A stretch of 64,000 nt of DNA from an uncultured Eubacteriales bacterium (GTDB taxonomy: Bacteria; Bacillota; Clostridia; TANB77; UBA1234): assembly GCA_964394075.1 (NCBI GenBank), contig CAYMVI010000002.1, positions 95,234 through 159,233 on the forward strand. Direction: 5' to 3'. Position 1 is the first letter of the stretch. Each line of letters opens with the position of its first letter. The notes under the pieces were generated by a model. That model did not search any database. It was not told the DNA's origin and worked only from the letters and a program-made list of their open reading frames with translations. Positions 8,886-18,379 of this stretch are shown piece by piece. A program made the translations under genes and the position numbers.

Positions 8886-9446
8886 TTAACTCAATAATGT
8901 TTTTACATCGTTTGCCCACTTAATAAAAATCCATTTCTCATCTTTTATAATTTCTAGTTTCTTCAAGGCTAGTTCTTTGTCTAATATTCTTCCCGTTTTA
9001 AATAGATACTCTATTGCATCTAGTTCATCTCCATCTTCAAATAATTCAATTACTTTTTCTTCAACGTAATCTATCCAGTCAAGTTTTCCCCACTGCTTCC
9101 AACCTCTGTCTTTTAAGTTGGTTTCTACTACGCCGTATGCGTGGCCTCTAGCCTCGATTACTTTGCCATTGCCAACATATACCCCAACGTGCCCTGGATA
9201 AAAAACAAGTACACCCTTAACATCTGGCATGCTCGTTATATCGCCTTTTTCTGAACAATGGTCTAAATCAATACCGCCATCAATTTCAGCAGTATATTTA
9301 TCTGGATTATAAAAGTCATCTGGTGTTTCACAGAATAGATATCCTTTTATTAATCCAGAACAGTCATGCACTTTTTGCCCATATTGTTCAGCGAAATCAT
9401 CCGCCTTATAATATTGAGGATATTGAGCCGAAAGTCTTCCTAACAA
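8886..9446 (-). CDS. NlpC/P60-family cysteine peptidase, phage endolysin. The N-terminus may extend to about 9536.
   Basis: HDCSGLIKGY catalytic Cys motif with downstream His. The only canonical in-frame start is TTG at 9446. The conserved N-terminal segment IGRPYWYATHAHK is encoded in-frame upstream with no ATG/GTG/TTG. Confidence 0.7.
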   Translation of the reverse strand: MLGRLSAQYPQYYKADDFAEQYGQKVHDCSGLIKGYLFCETPDDFYNPDKYTAEIDGGIDLDHCSEKGDITSMPDVKGVLVFYPGHVGVYVGNGKVIEARGHAYGVVETNLKDRGWKQWGKLDWIDYVEEKVIELFEDGDELDAIEYLFKTGRILDKELALKKLEIIKDEKWIFIKWANDVKTLLS

Positions 9447-9493
9447 ACTCTCGCTAGCTTTGTGTGCATGGGTTGCATACCAATATGGTCTTC

Positions 9494-9838
9494 CTATTTG
9501 TTTTCGACAGTATTCGACAAGTCCGTAGATTTGTTTTCATTAGTATCCTCTCCTTTCGCTTTATTTATATCTGCCAAACCGTTTGCATTTAATGAGATAA
9601 GAATCCCATTTATGAAGTGCAATACTGTGTTCCACATTTGAAATGTGCCCGCATGTAAATCAACAATTACAAGTAATAAAAAAGCGACTACGATGCTCCA
9701 CAACCTCGTTGGCATTTCCTTTATTCCCCACGCATTTTTAGTTACTGCAACAATCGAGTAAACTGCAAGTACAAATATTGCATAATCTCCAAGCATTTCC
9801 CAAGTCATAAATTGCTCCATATTCTCACCTTCTTCCAC
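9494..9838 (-). CDS. Holin (two TM helices, charged C-terminal tail).
   Basis: 114 aa. Two hydrophobic helices, then a highly charged tail. Immediately upstream of the endolysin. Confidence 0.6.
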   Translation of the reverse strand: MEEGENMEQFMTWEMLGDYAIFVLAVYSIVAVTKNAWGIKEMPTRLWSIVVAFLLLVIVDLHAGTFQMWNTVLHFINGILISLNANGLADINKAKGEDTNENKSTDLSNTVENK

Positions 9839-9860
9839 ACAAAAAGGAGCAGGCTCGTGT

Positions 9861-12800
9861 TTACCTACTCCTTTTATAGATTTTTTCTGATACTGTGTCT
9901 TGTGCAGTACCTTTAGCTTTAGTTAATAAACTTTCTTTTTTCTTTAGTTTCTCCGACTCATTCATCTCTTTGTAACTTCTTTTTTTCTCTTCTGTACTTA
10001 GTAATTTTTCATATTCATCTTTTGCAATCTGTGCATATTCCTTCATGTCAGCTTCTGTGTATTCAACCTCAACTGTCTTCATCGAATTGACTTTGTATTT
10101 ATAGGTTGTTTGTGCTGGATAGTACTCATATAGTTTTATCTTATCTGCGTTACTTGGATTGATTAAATCTTTTCCAAGATAGTATCTAGCTGTATCTGTT
10201 CTTAATTCTTGTAATTCATTGATTTTGTTTTTCTTCTGTTCTGCGTTTAATTGCAAACTATTCCTTGTAGTTTTTATGTCTTTGTTTAATAATTTCAAGG
10301 TATCTTTTGCGTAGTTTAATTGTTTTAGTTGTTCTAACTCTTCTGGTGTAGCCTCGCTATAATTTTTCTTTATCTCAAGTTCACTTGCTAATTCATAAAC
10401 TTCATCTAGAGACACACCACTCTTATATCCGCTAGCAAAGAATCTTTTTAATATAAATTGTTCGCTTTTGTTTTTTGCAGGTTGTTCTCCGCTATCTTGT
10501 ACATCTAAGAATTTATCTGCCAAATCTAAGAATTGTGTACCCAAACCAGCCAAGTATCCCTCAAAAATATTATCAATATATATTGGACTTACATTTAATG
10601 CCCCACCTAGCATTATAGCTAATTCACTAGTGTATTCATTGTATTGATCTGCTGGTTTCGTATCGCCTTTTAAATATTCTGATACTAAGTCTGTTTTATA
10701 ATAAAAATCTTTGTTTAACATATTTTCAAGCAGTGGTTTTATTATTTGTGGCACTGCATTTCCTAAATCATCTGCAGGCAACATATCAAACAATGTATCT
10801 TTTACCCAGTCAGCAAGTCTCTCGCCTTCTTCTCCTTTCGGTATCTTATCATTGCTTAAATCGTATAAATATTCAGCTAGATTTATAAAACTTCTTGCTG
10901 TACCTTGAGCTTTCTTTATAGTTAATGGTTCACTCGTGCTGTCATAAGCTATTACAAAGTTGTCTTTTTTCTTTTGGTCTGTCATTTCTTCAACATGTTT
11001 ATTTTCTTTTTCTTCTGTATATTCTTTTAAAGCAAGAGCAAACGCTATCATTATTCCTAGTTTCAACGATGTTTTAAAAGGATGTGCATGTACAGATTCT
11101 CCAAATCTATATACAGAACCAACTCTCGCTGATGAAAACGGAATAAATTTATTTATAACTCGTGTTGTTTTACCAGCTCTACCGAAGTCTTGAGTTATAT
11201 CTTTTGCATTTAGTGCTGTTTTCAATCGTATATCTCTGTTTGACATTCCCTTTTTTCTATAAAGTTTTGTTTCTTTTCTGAAGTTTTGGAAACGTGTACT
11301 TTCTTCTGTTAACTCCGATGTGTATGTCAAAAGATTCAGCGTTTTGTCTATCAACATACTTGTCAAATCTAAAAACGCTTTGTATTTTGTGCTATTTAAC
11401 TTATATTTACCAGTCTTTGGATCTTTTTTACCAAATAACACTTTTTTGTTTTTACTATATATGTCTGTTGCATTATCTCTTATTTTAGCTCTATATGTTG
11501 AGAATCTACCAGATTGACTCGCTCCACTTTGTTGATATAAATTATAGAACTCTTTTTGTGCTTCTACATATTCCTGGAAAATAGGTACTTGACTTAATAT
11601 TCTTGAAAAAACATTATCTCTTCCAGCAAGAGTATTTACAATTCCAAGGATATTGTCTACCAAAGGAATAAACACAGTATCACTATATAAAAACGCTTGT
11701 TGTGAGTCCGAAATGGCATTCGGCACAGCAAATTCTGCGTTCGCCATTGTAGCACCATATCTCAAAGGCATATTAGCCCAATTCATAAATTTTTCAACTA
11801 TATTCATATTTTGGCTGTTCATACCTTTTAAAACGTTGTACAAGTCTTCATCATAAAATTGAACGAACACCCTTTTTCCATCATCAATATAGCTCATTAT
11901 TTTATTTTTATCATCTGCTAATTTCATGTTAAATACGTTATAAACTTCTTCTAAGTTTAGGTCGGATGTATCTATTCCTTGTTGCGAAAGAGCTTTTTCA
12001 AATTTTGATAATTCAACACTTCCTTTGTATTCCATTGGTGGTGGTACTATTTCAAATAAGTCAGCGTATTGGTTGCTTTTTCTACCTAAATTAACTAATG
12101 ATTTCAAGACTTTATTGTTTTCAACTTGTCTTATAATTCTTGAAGCATTAACAATAGTACTTTCTATTGGATCAATGATTTCACGCTCAGAACCAGTTGT
12201 TTTATACACTGTTTTTCCTACTTTTGCTCCTTTTGTTGATGCAGATATTATTTTACCTTCATTATCCATTACTCTGTTCATCGCAATATAGTTTTCATTT
12301 AATTTTTCAATATCTTCAATTTGTTTCGCTGTAAATAAACCTTCACGCCTTGCATATTCCAAAATACCGTTGTTTTCTTTTCTGAAATTATCTGCTGTTT
12401 TCTTTATTTTTTCATCTTTTTCTAACAGATTAGTTGTCGCAATAGCATCTTCTTTTCTTAATCCTGTTTGTTGCCCTTTCTTCACATAGTCTCGATTTCT
12501 TTGTGCAATCAACAAAGCTCTTAATTTCATCATATCTTCTGCTTTACTTATAGGCTCTAATACACTAGCAAAACCTTGTGTTATTTTTTCATCAGTGTCC
12601 CAATCTCTAATACCCTTATTTAGCATATTAGTTGTTTGGTCGCTTCCACTATTGACCAATCTAAATAGCACATAAGGGTCTTCGCTTGGCTTTAATTCGT
12701 GTCTGTTTCTTAACCCAGTTCTTTTTGCAAGAGTATCGCTAGCCTTTTTCAAATACCAGTTATCATCATAAATTTCAAACATAAGCCTATCTATAAATTT

Positions 12801-15800
12801 ACCAAGAGTAAAATTTTTCTTTTCATCTTCGTTAATAGACACATTACTCATTATTCTTTCTTCAGGTCTCATGTTTATATATGCTTTTACATCGTTTATT
12901 AAATCAGTAAATAACTGATCCAATTCAACATTACTTTCTCTTGCTTCTGTGATAAAATCAGCCAAATAAGGATATTGTTTTATAGCGTTTTCAGTATCTA
13001 CAATATATCTTCTCGTAAATTCTGCAAAACCTTCTTGAAGTTTTATTTTTGGAGTATTGTTATATACATCGCCAAATTGTCTCTCACATAAATTATTCAT
13101 TTCTCTTGCTAATTCTTTGTGTTGTTTTTTCCATGCTAAAGTATCTTTTGTTGGTGTCACATTTAATTGTGCTAAATCGACATGATGTCCTAACTCGTGA
13201 ATAATTGATTCTATATCAGTTAACTGCTTTGTTCTTATAGATTGAATTGCTGAATTATAAACTGCATAAGCTTTTTGTCTAAATCCACCTGTACGAATAG
13301 GTCTGCCTAAATATTTTTCAATTTTTTGGCGAATTTCTTTTCTGCTTATAGTTCCTAAATTTTCTTCTCTGCTAACCTTACCGCTTTCAATGGCTCTAAT
13401 TTTTTGTTCTATTAAAGCTGACATTCTTTCTGCGTTCGTTTTATAAGAATCTTGTACACCATCATCTTTTCTGCTTAACTTTATTTGTGAATCCTCATCT
13501 AATTTAGGCTTTGCCGTTGCTTTTACTTTCTTCACTTTGCCATCTGTATCATGGAATATATTTTCTTCTTTCATGGCATTAATAAGTGCTCGCCACGATT
13601 TATTTATGTTTGCTCTTTCTTCTCCTGCAGGGAAAGGATTAAACAAACCATATCTATCATTGTTAACCGAATGAACCAAATAATCATTTGTTATTCCTTT
13701 TTTCTTTAATTCATCATGTACAAAAGCCTCAAAGCTTCTAGCTAGCATCTCTTCTCTTAGAGCAAAATATGTTGATGCTCTACCCATTAATTTATCCAAT
13801 TCTCTTGCAGATTTACTAAATGCACTTTCAGAGCGAACAAATGCAACCTGTTTAGCAGGCACACCACTTCTATACAAAGAATATACTGTATCATCATCTA
13901 TTTTTCTGTTTGTAACAGCTTTTATAAGTGTTTTCAAATCTTCTAAAGGTTTATCATATATTACTTCAAATTTACTTCTAGAAATTTGTTTGTAATCTCT
14001 TTTGTCCTTTAACTTACCTTCTATAAGTATTTTTCTTATTTTTTCGTACTCTTTCTTTTGTTCTGCAGTTACTTCTATTGGAATATTCTTATATTCGCCT
14101 TTAACTCTCTTATATTTTTTTGCTTTACCATCAAATACATCATCATAATATTTCAAGTTATATTCTATACTGCTTTTTCTATTTTTTTCAAACAAGGCGT
14201 TTTTCTTTGCAATTTCTTCCTCGTTTGTTGAAAAACTGTATTCTATATTATCTAATAGTTCTCTATATGCCTTTGTTACACTTTCTGGAAGATTCCTATA
14301 CATTTTGTGTATACTCAAAAGTCCATCACTATCATAACCAGATAATTGCGATAAATAATTATCTAGTGCATGCCCCATTTCGTGAGCCACACTTCCTGCT
14401 CCTTTTAACTTTGTCATATTAAAAACTTTTTTCACTGGCTCAAAATGTGCAGATGCACCACTTAATCCATGACCTCTTGCACCAAACGCAATAGCCATTT
14501 TACCATTGAATCCTAAGTCTGAAGGTATAATATCTAGTGCTGTTGCCAAATCAGTTAAAGAATCATATCCATAATTTAAAAACTTTTGCCTTTCTTCATT
14601 GTTAACCCAATTTCCAAATTCTCCACCCCTGAAATTAAATTTATCTAATATTTCTTGTCCTGTTGCATTAACACTATTTGCATTATTAGGATTTATTCTT
14701 GTAACTTTTTGAATTTGTGGTCTAAATAGATTTTTTCCATGCTCAGCCAAATACATACTTAAAGCCATTGCGTATGATTCTGCTTCTTCTCTTGTACTAA
14801 AAGATTTTCCAGTATCTCTACTTTTTAATGTTTTAGGTTCTATTATTTTTACAATGTATCTTTTATGCTTATTACCTTCTTTGTCATAAGCATAACCTTC
14901 TTCTACTCTAGCTCTATTATTATTTATGTTTGTTTTAAATTCTTCTAAAAACTTTTCAGCATCCGCTTCTGACTTAAAATCGCCTTTTAAAACATTACCC
15001 TTGAACGCTACACTATATACTTCTTCTGTCTTTCCATCTTCGGTTTCAATAATATCTTTATTGATTGTGTAATTATGAATAACCTCTCTTGTAAAATGTT
15101 TTTTAGTGCCTTGCCATACATCTTTTCTAGCACCACCAATTTTCTCACCAAAATCATCTATTTTTTCTGTTTTGTTTTTAGCTTCCAGTTTTTCAATTTC
15201 ATTTCTTAATCTTTTTCTTTCAGCATCCCATTTATCAAAACCATCTCGTGCTTTTTCAGTATATTGTAATGATTTTGCATATTCTTTGTATTTCAATTCA
15301 GCATAATCAAGCTCTACATTTAACCCTTTTAATTTATCGGCTAAAGAAAAAGAACCCTGTTCATTAGAGTTCTTTTTGTATATTAGTTCTATATGTTTTT
15401 TTATAGTTACAATCGTATCATTGTAAAATTTTTCTCCCAACGCATCAATATATACTTTTTTGAGATATTGTGCATCTTTATCATTTATATCTGTAGTATT
15501 CAGATCACACAAAATTTCTTTTGCAAAATTTTTTAAGTCTTTCGCAATGTCTCTTTTTTGTTTGTTACTTAATAAATCTTTATATTCATTAAAAAGTTTA
15601 TTAATTGCCTTAGCGTTGTTGCTGATAGAGTGTATTATTTTTGAAAAATCTTCTATTACAATTTTAGTATGGTTTAACAGCATGTCTTCTACTAGTTCAT
15701 GATTTAAAACAGCTTTATATCCAACAGACTCTGCTTGCCCTATCGAAATATAAATTCCATCTTGTGCAGTGAAACTAGATATATCATCGTTTTGAAAAGC

Positions 15801-18368
15801 AACAATTTTTAACCCAAAAATTTTTCCAAATTCAATTATTTCCTGTTTCTGTGGTGTCGGCACGATTTCGTTCTTTATCCTTTTCACCAATGTTTCCGCA
15901 TCTTTTCTTTGTCTCTCTGTCTTTTCAATAATCCAGTCCTTAACTCCCAAAACAGTTTTTTCATTTCCATTTCGGTCATTTTTATCCCCCCTGACTTGAT
16001 TATACACTGGAGTTTGATTTTTATCAATCCCAGTACTATTTTCTTTTATTTCTGATTCATTTGATATTTTTTCTTGTTTTTTCTTGTTTGCCTCCTGTTT
16101 TCTATAATTTTCAACAAACTCAATTCCTTCTTTACTGTCTACATATCTATCAAACACAATCTTTATTGCCTGGTCTTCTACTTCACCAACGTAATCTTGC
16201 CAATCCATGTCGAAAGCTTCTTCGCCATATTTATCTTCAAGCAGTTTTTTCTCAGTCTCAATTATTTCTTGCTTATTTAGTTTTTCTAAAATAGCATCGA
16301 ATAATTTCGCATCCTCGCTTCGAAAAAATTTTGTATCTAGACTTTCTATTTTTGCATATTGTCCTTGTAACGAATCAATCCAATCTACATCTTTTAATTC
16401 AACTTCTTTTGAATATATTTTACCGCTTCCTGCATACGTTTGTGCTTCCACTTTTGAAGGTGTAACAAACGTTCCTTGTTTAATAGGATGGCTACTATAT
16501 ACAATAGCTTTACCTGTTTCAATCATTTTTTTTACCATTTCTGCACTCACATCAGGAGTAAGCGATTGGATTTCGCCATCTAAATCTTCTTGTAAAGCCT
16601 CTTCAAATGCTTTTATATCTTCTATGTTTCTAATCCAAGTATGTTCTGAAAGATTAACATCAACAGGGTTTTCTTTCAATATTATATCTAGTTGTTGCTG
16701 TTTGTGCTTATCTATATCTTCAATCGGAGAATATGTAGTTGTTTTTTCCTCTTTTTTTACTGTTTTTTGATTTTCTGGAACATTTCCTACATCTATATCA
16801 TATTCATTCCCTAATTTATATCCTTGCTTACGCATATCTGCATAATTATCAAATCCAGCTTGTTGTGCCATTATATCTCTGTATTCTGCAATCGGTATAT
16901 TACCTATATTAGTTTGCACTGTTTTTTCATTTTTTAGTGCATTTTTATTAGTTATCTGTGCATTTTCTGTTGATGTCTGCACATTCTCTGCAGATTCTGC
17001 AGTGTTTTGAACATTCTCGGTAACTTGGTCATTTTTGTTCAATTTAGTCATTTCTGTATTAGTTGACTGAGTGGCTACTTGGTTACTTGGTTTCCATTCC
17101 TTTTGTTGATTTGTAGGTATTTGTTGTACTTGATTGTTAGTTGGTTGCACTGTATTTTGTTTGTTAGCTTGAACGTTTTTAATCGTATTTACTGCCACAC
17201 TTCCACCTGCATTTAGTCCACCAGATACAGTAGCTATTTTCATGCCACCTTCTACTGCTTCTTTTACTCTTGCTGACTCTTCTTCTTTTGTTCCAGTATA
17301 TTCTATGCCAACCTTTTTAAGGGCTTCTTTTTCTTTTTCTATAGCTATTCTTTCTTGAATGCCCTCTTCAGCACCTTCTGACAAGATGTTTATTCCGTAT
17401 GCTTTTAATGCTTCTGCCAACATTTTCTTAACTGTCACTTGAGTTGCTGTCTTTGCTCCTGTTGTAAATAGCTTACTGAATCCGCCCATTGTAGCTAAAT
17501 CTAGAACGGCTTCTCCACTTTCTACAACTGATTGCCAAAATGCGGTATCACTTGCAATTTCCCTAGCAACCTCATTGAAATACTTTTGTTCTTCAGCTGT
17601 AAGACCACTTCTAGCTCCCAACTCAAGAAGACTTGCGTATGCACTACCTCTCATTTGGTCATAACTCCATTTAGCAATACCACCAACATATCCAGCTTTA
17701 GCTCCCCATATAGCACCAGTACCAGCACCAACTGCTGTTCCTGCTCCAGGAACTACGCTTCCAATTCCTGCTCCAATTCCAGCACCAGTACCAGCACCTA
17801 CTACTGCTCCACCAGCACCAGCTACTTGTTGACCTACTAGCTGTGGAAGATATTGTGCAAAGTCTTTAGTTATCCAATTACCTTTACCAACATTCGTAGC
17901 ATATTTTTGATATCTTTCTATTTCTGCTAGAATCTCTTGGGCTTTTTCCAAATCTTTTTGATTTTGGCTTTCAAAATATTTATTCATTGCATCGTTATAC
18001 TCTATTTGTAATTCACCCAAATGCTTATTACTAGCAAATTTACCCTTATCATAAGATTCCAAAGCTTCTTTCAGTTCCTCTTCCGATAAATCTTTGTGAT
18101 CACTAACTATCGTTGTTTTAAAAGGTGATGTATCATTACCTACTAAGTTTGGAATTTTAGCACCTGTGTTTACTGCATTTATATTGTTAGCCTTTGCATA
18201 CGCTTGGGCTTCTTCTAATGTTTTAAATTTAGGCATTGTAGTCGTTTGTGTTTCTTCTTTCTGTGTTGGGTTTAGTGCATTTTCCTTAAACTTTTTATAA
18301 GCATCGCTAATATTATTAGTTTGTGTTTTCTTTTCTAAAGCAGATTTTTTAAATTGTTCGTATGTCAT
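9861..18368 (-). CDS. Giant 2835-aa virion-associated polyvalent protein (T7 gp16-like internal/ejection protein position) with two zincin HExxH motifs and a glycine-zipper segment.
   Basis: Uninterrupted 8.5-kb ORF. Gly-zipper VAGAGGAVVGAGTGAGIGAGIG. HEMGHALD and IIHELGHHVD metallopeptidase motifs. N/Q-rich linker. Lies between the tail/internal-protein genes and the holin. Confidence 0.8.
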   Translation of the reverse strand: MTYEQFKKSALEKKTQTNNISDAYKKFKENALNPTQKEETQTTTMPKFKTLEEAQAYAKANNINAVNTGAKIPNLVGNDTSPFKTTIVSDHKDLSEEELKEALESYDKGKFASNKHLGELQIEYNDAMNKYFESQNQKDLEKAQEILAEIERYQKYATNVGKGNWITKDFAQYLPQLVGQQVAGAGGAVVGAGTGAGIGAGIGSVVPGAGTAVGAGTGAIWGAKAGYVGGIAKWSYDQMRGSAYASLLELGARSGLTAEEQKYFNEVAREIASDTAFWQSVVESGEAVLDLATMGGFSKLFTTGAKTATQVTVKKMLAEALKAYGINILSEGAEEGIQERIAIEKEKEALKKVGIEYTGTKEEESARVKEAVEGGMKIATVSGGLNAGGSVAVNTIKNVQANKQNTVQPTNNQVQQIPTNQQKEWKPSNQVATQSTNTEMTKLNKNDQVTENVQNTAESAENVQTSTENAQITNKNALKNEKTVQTNIGNIPIAEYRDIMAQQAGFDNYADMRKQGYKLGNEYDIDVGNVPENQKTVKKEEKTTTYSPIEDIDKHKQQQLDIILKENPVDVNLSEHTWIRNIEDIKAFEEALQEDLDGEIQSLTPDVSAEMVKKMIETGKAIVYSSHPIKQGTFVTPSKVEAQTYAGSGKIYSKEVELKDVDWIDSLQGQYAKIESLDTKFFRSEDAKLFDAILEKLNKQEIIETEKKLLEDKYGEEAFDMDWQDYVGEVEDQAIKIVFDRYVDSKEGIEFVENYRKQEANKKKQEKISNESEIKENSTGIDKNQTPVYNQVRGDKNDRNGNEKTVLGVKDWIIEKTERQRKDAETLVKRIKNEIVPTPQKQEIIEFGKIFGLKIVAFQNDDISSFTAQDGIYISIGQAESVGYKAVLNHELVEDMLLNHTKIVIEDFSKIIHSISNNAKAINKLFNEYKDLLSNKQKRDIAKDLKNFAKEILCDLNTTDINDKDAQYLKKVYIDALGEKFYNDTIVTIKKHIELIYKKNSNEQGSFSLADKLKGLNVELDYAELKYKEYAKSLQYTEKARDGFDKWDAERKRLRNEIEKLEAKNKTEKIDDFGEKIGGARKDVWQGTKKHFTREVIHNYTINKDIIETEDGKTEEVYSVAFKGNVLKGDFKSEADAEKFLEEFKTNINNNRARVEEGYAYDKEGNKHKRYIVKIIEPKTLKSRDTGKSFSTREEAESYAMALSMYLAEHGKNLFRPQIQKVTRINPNNANSVNATGQEILDKFNFRGGEFGNWVNNEERQKFLNYGYDSLTDLATALDIIPSDLGFNGKMAIAFGARGHGLSGASAHFEPVKKVFNMTKLKGAGSVAHEMGHALDNYLSQLSGYDSDGLLSIHKMYRNLPESVTKAYRELLDNIEYSFSTNEEEIAKKNALFEKNRKSSIEYNLKYYDDVFDGKAKKYKRVKGEYKNIPIEVTAEQKKEYEKIRKILIEGKLKDKRDYKQISRSKFEVIYDKPLEDLKTLIKAVTNRKIDDDTVYSLYRSGVPAKQVAFVRSESAFSKSARELDKLMGRASTYFALREEMLARSFEAFVHDELKKKGITNDYLVHSVNNDRYGLFNPFPAGEERANINKSWRALINAMKEENIFHDTDGKVKKVKATAKPKLDEDSQIKLSRKDDGVQDSYKTNAERMSALIEQKIRAIESGKVSREENLGTISRKEIRQKIEKYLGRPIRTGGFRQKAYAVYNSAIQSIRTKQLTDIESIIHELGHHVDLAQLNVTPTKDTLAWKKQHKELAREMNNLCERQFGDVYNNTPKIKLQEGFAEFTRRYIVDTENAIKQYPYLADFITEARESNVELDQLFTDLINDVKAYINMRPEERIMSNVSINEDEKKNFTLGKFIDRLMFEIYDDNWYLKKASDTLAKRTGLRNRHELKPSEDPYVLFRLVNSGSDQTTNMLNKGIRDWDTDEKITQGFASVLEPISKAEDMMKLRALLIAQRNRDYVKKGQQTGLRKEDAIATTNLLEKDEKIKKTADNFRKENNGILEYARREGLFTAKQIEDIEKLNENYIAMNRVMDNEGKIISASTKGAKVGKTVYKTTGSEREIIDPIESTIVNASRIIRQVENNKVLKSLVNLGRKSNQYADLFEIVPPPMEYKGSVELSKFEKALSQQGIDTSDLNLEEVYNVFNMKLADDKNKIMSYIDDGKRVFVQFYDEDLYNVLKGMNSQNMNIVEKFMNWANMPLRYGATMANAEFAVPNAISDSQQAFLYSDTVFIPLVDNILGIVNTLAGRDNVFSRILSQVPIFQEYVEAQKEFYNLYQQSGASQSGRFSTYRAKIRDNATDIYSKNKKVLFGKKDPKTGKYKLNSTKYKAFLDLTSMLIDKTLNLLTYTSELTEESTRFQNFRKETKLYRKKGMSNRDIRLKTALNAKDITQDFGRAGKTTRVINKFIPFSSARVGSVYRFGESVHAHPFKTSLKLGIMIAFALALKEYTEEKENKHVEEMTDQKKKDNFVIAYDSTSEPLTIKKAQGTARSFINLAEYLYDLSNDKIPKGEEGERLADWVKDTLFDMLPADDLGNAVPQIIKPLLENMLNKDFYYKTDLVSEYLKGDTKPADQYNEYTSELAIMLGGALNVSPIYIDNIFEGYLAGLGTQFLDLADKFLDVQDSGEQPAKNKSEQFILKRFFASGYKSGVSLDEVYELASELEIKKNYSEATPEELEQLKQLNYAKDTLKLLNKDIKTTRNSLQLNAEQKKNKINELQELRTDTARYYLGKDLINPSNADKIKLYEYYPAQTTYKYKVNSMKTVEVEYTEADMKEYAQIAKDEYEKLLSTEEKKRSYKEMNESEKLKKKESLLTKAKGTAQDTVSEKIYKRSR

Positions 18369-18379
18369 ACTCTGCCTCC

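Noticed and set aside
10711-17840. Numerous 60-190-aa plus-strand ORFs inside the 2835-aa gene
   Set aside because: They are antisense to a continuous, RBS-preceded 8.5-kb ORF. They have low-complexity S/F/L-rich translations typical of shadow ORFs in AT-rich DNA.
9861-18368. Interpreting the giant protein as a tape-measure protein
   Set aside because: No tail tube, sheath or chaperone-frameshift genes accompany it. It carries HExxH enzymatic motifs and sits in the internal-protein position next to lysis genes. A polyvalent/ejection protein is more consistent, though still unproven.
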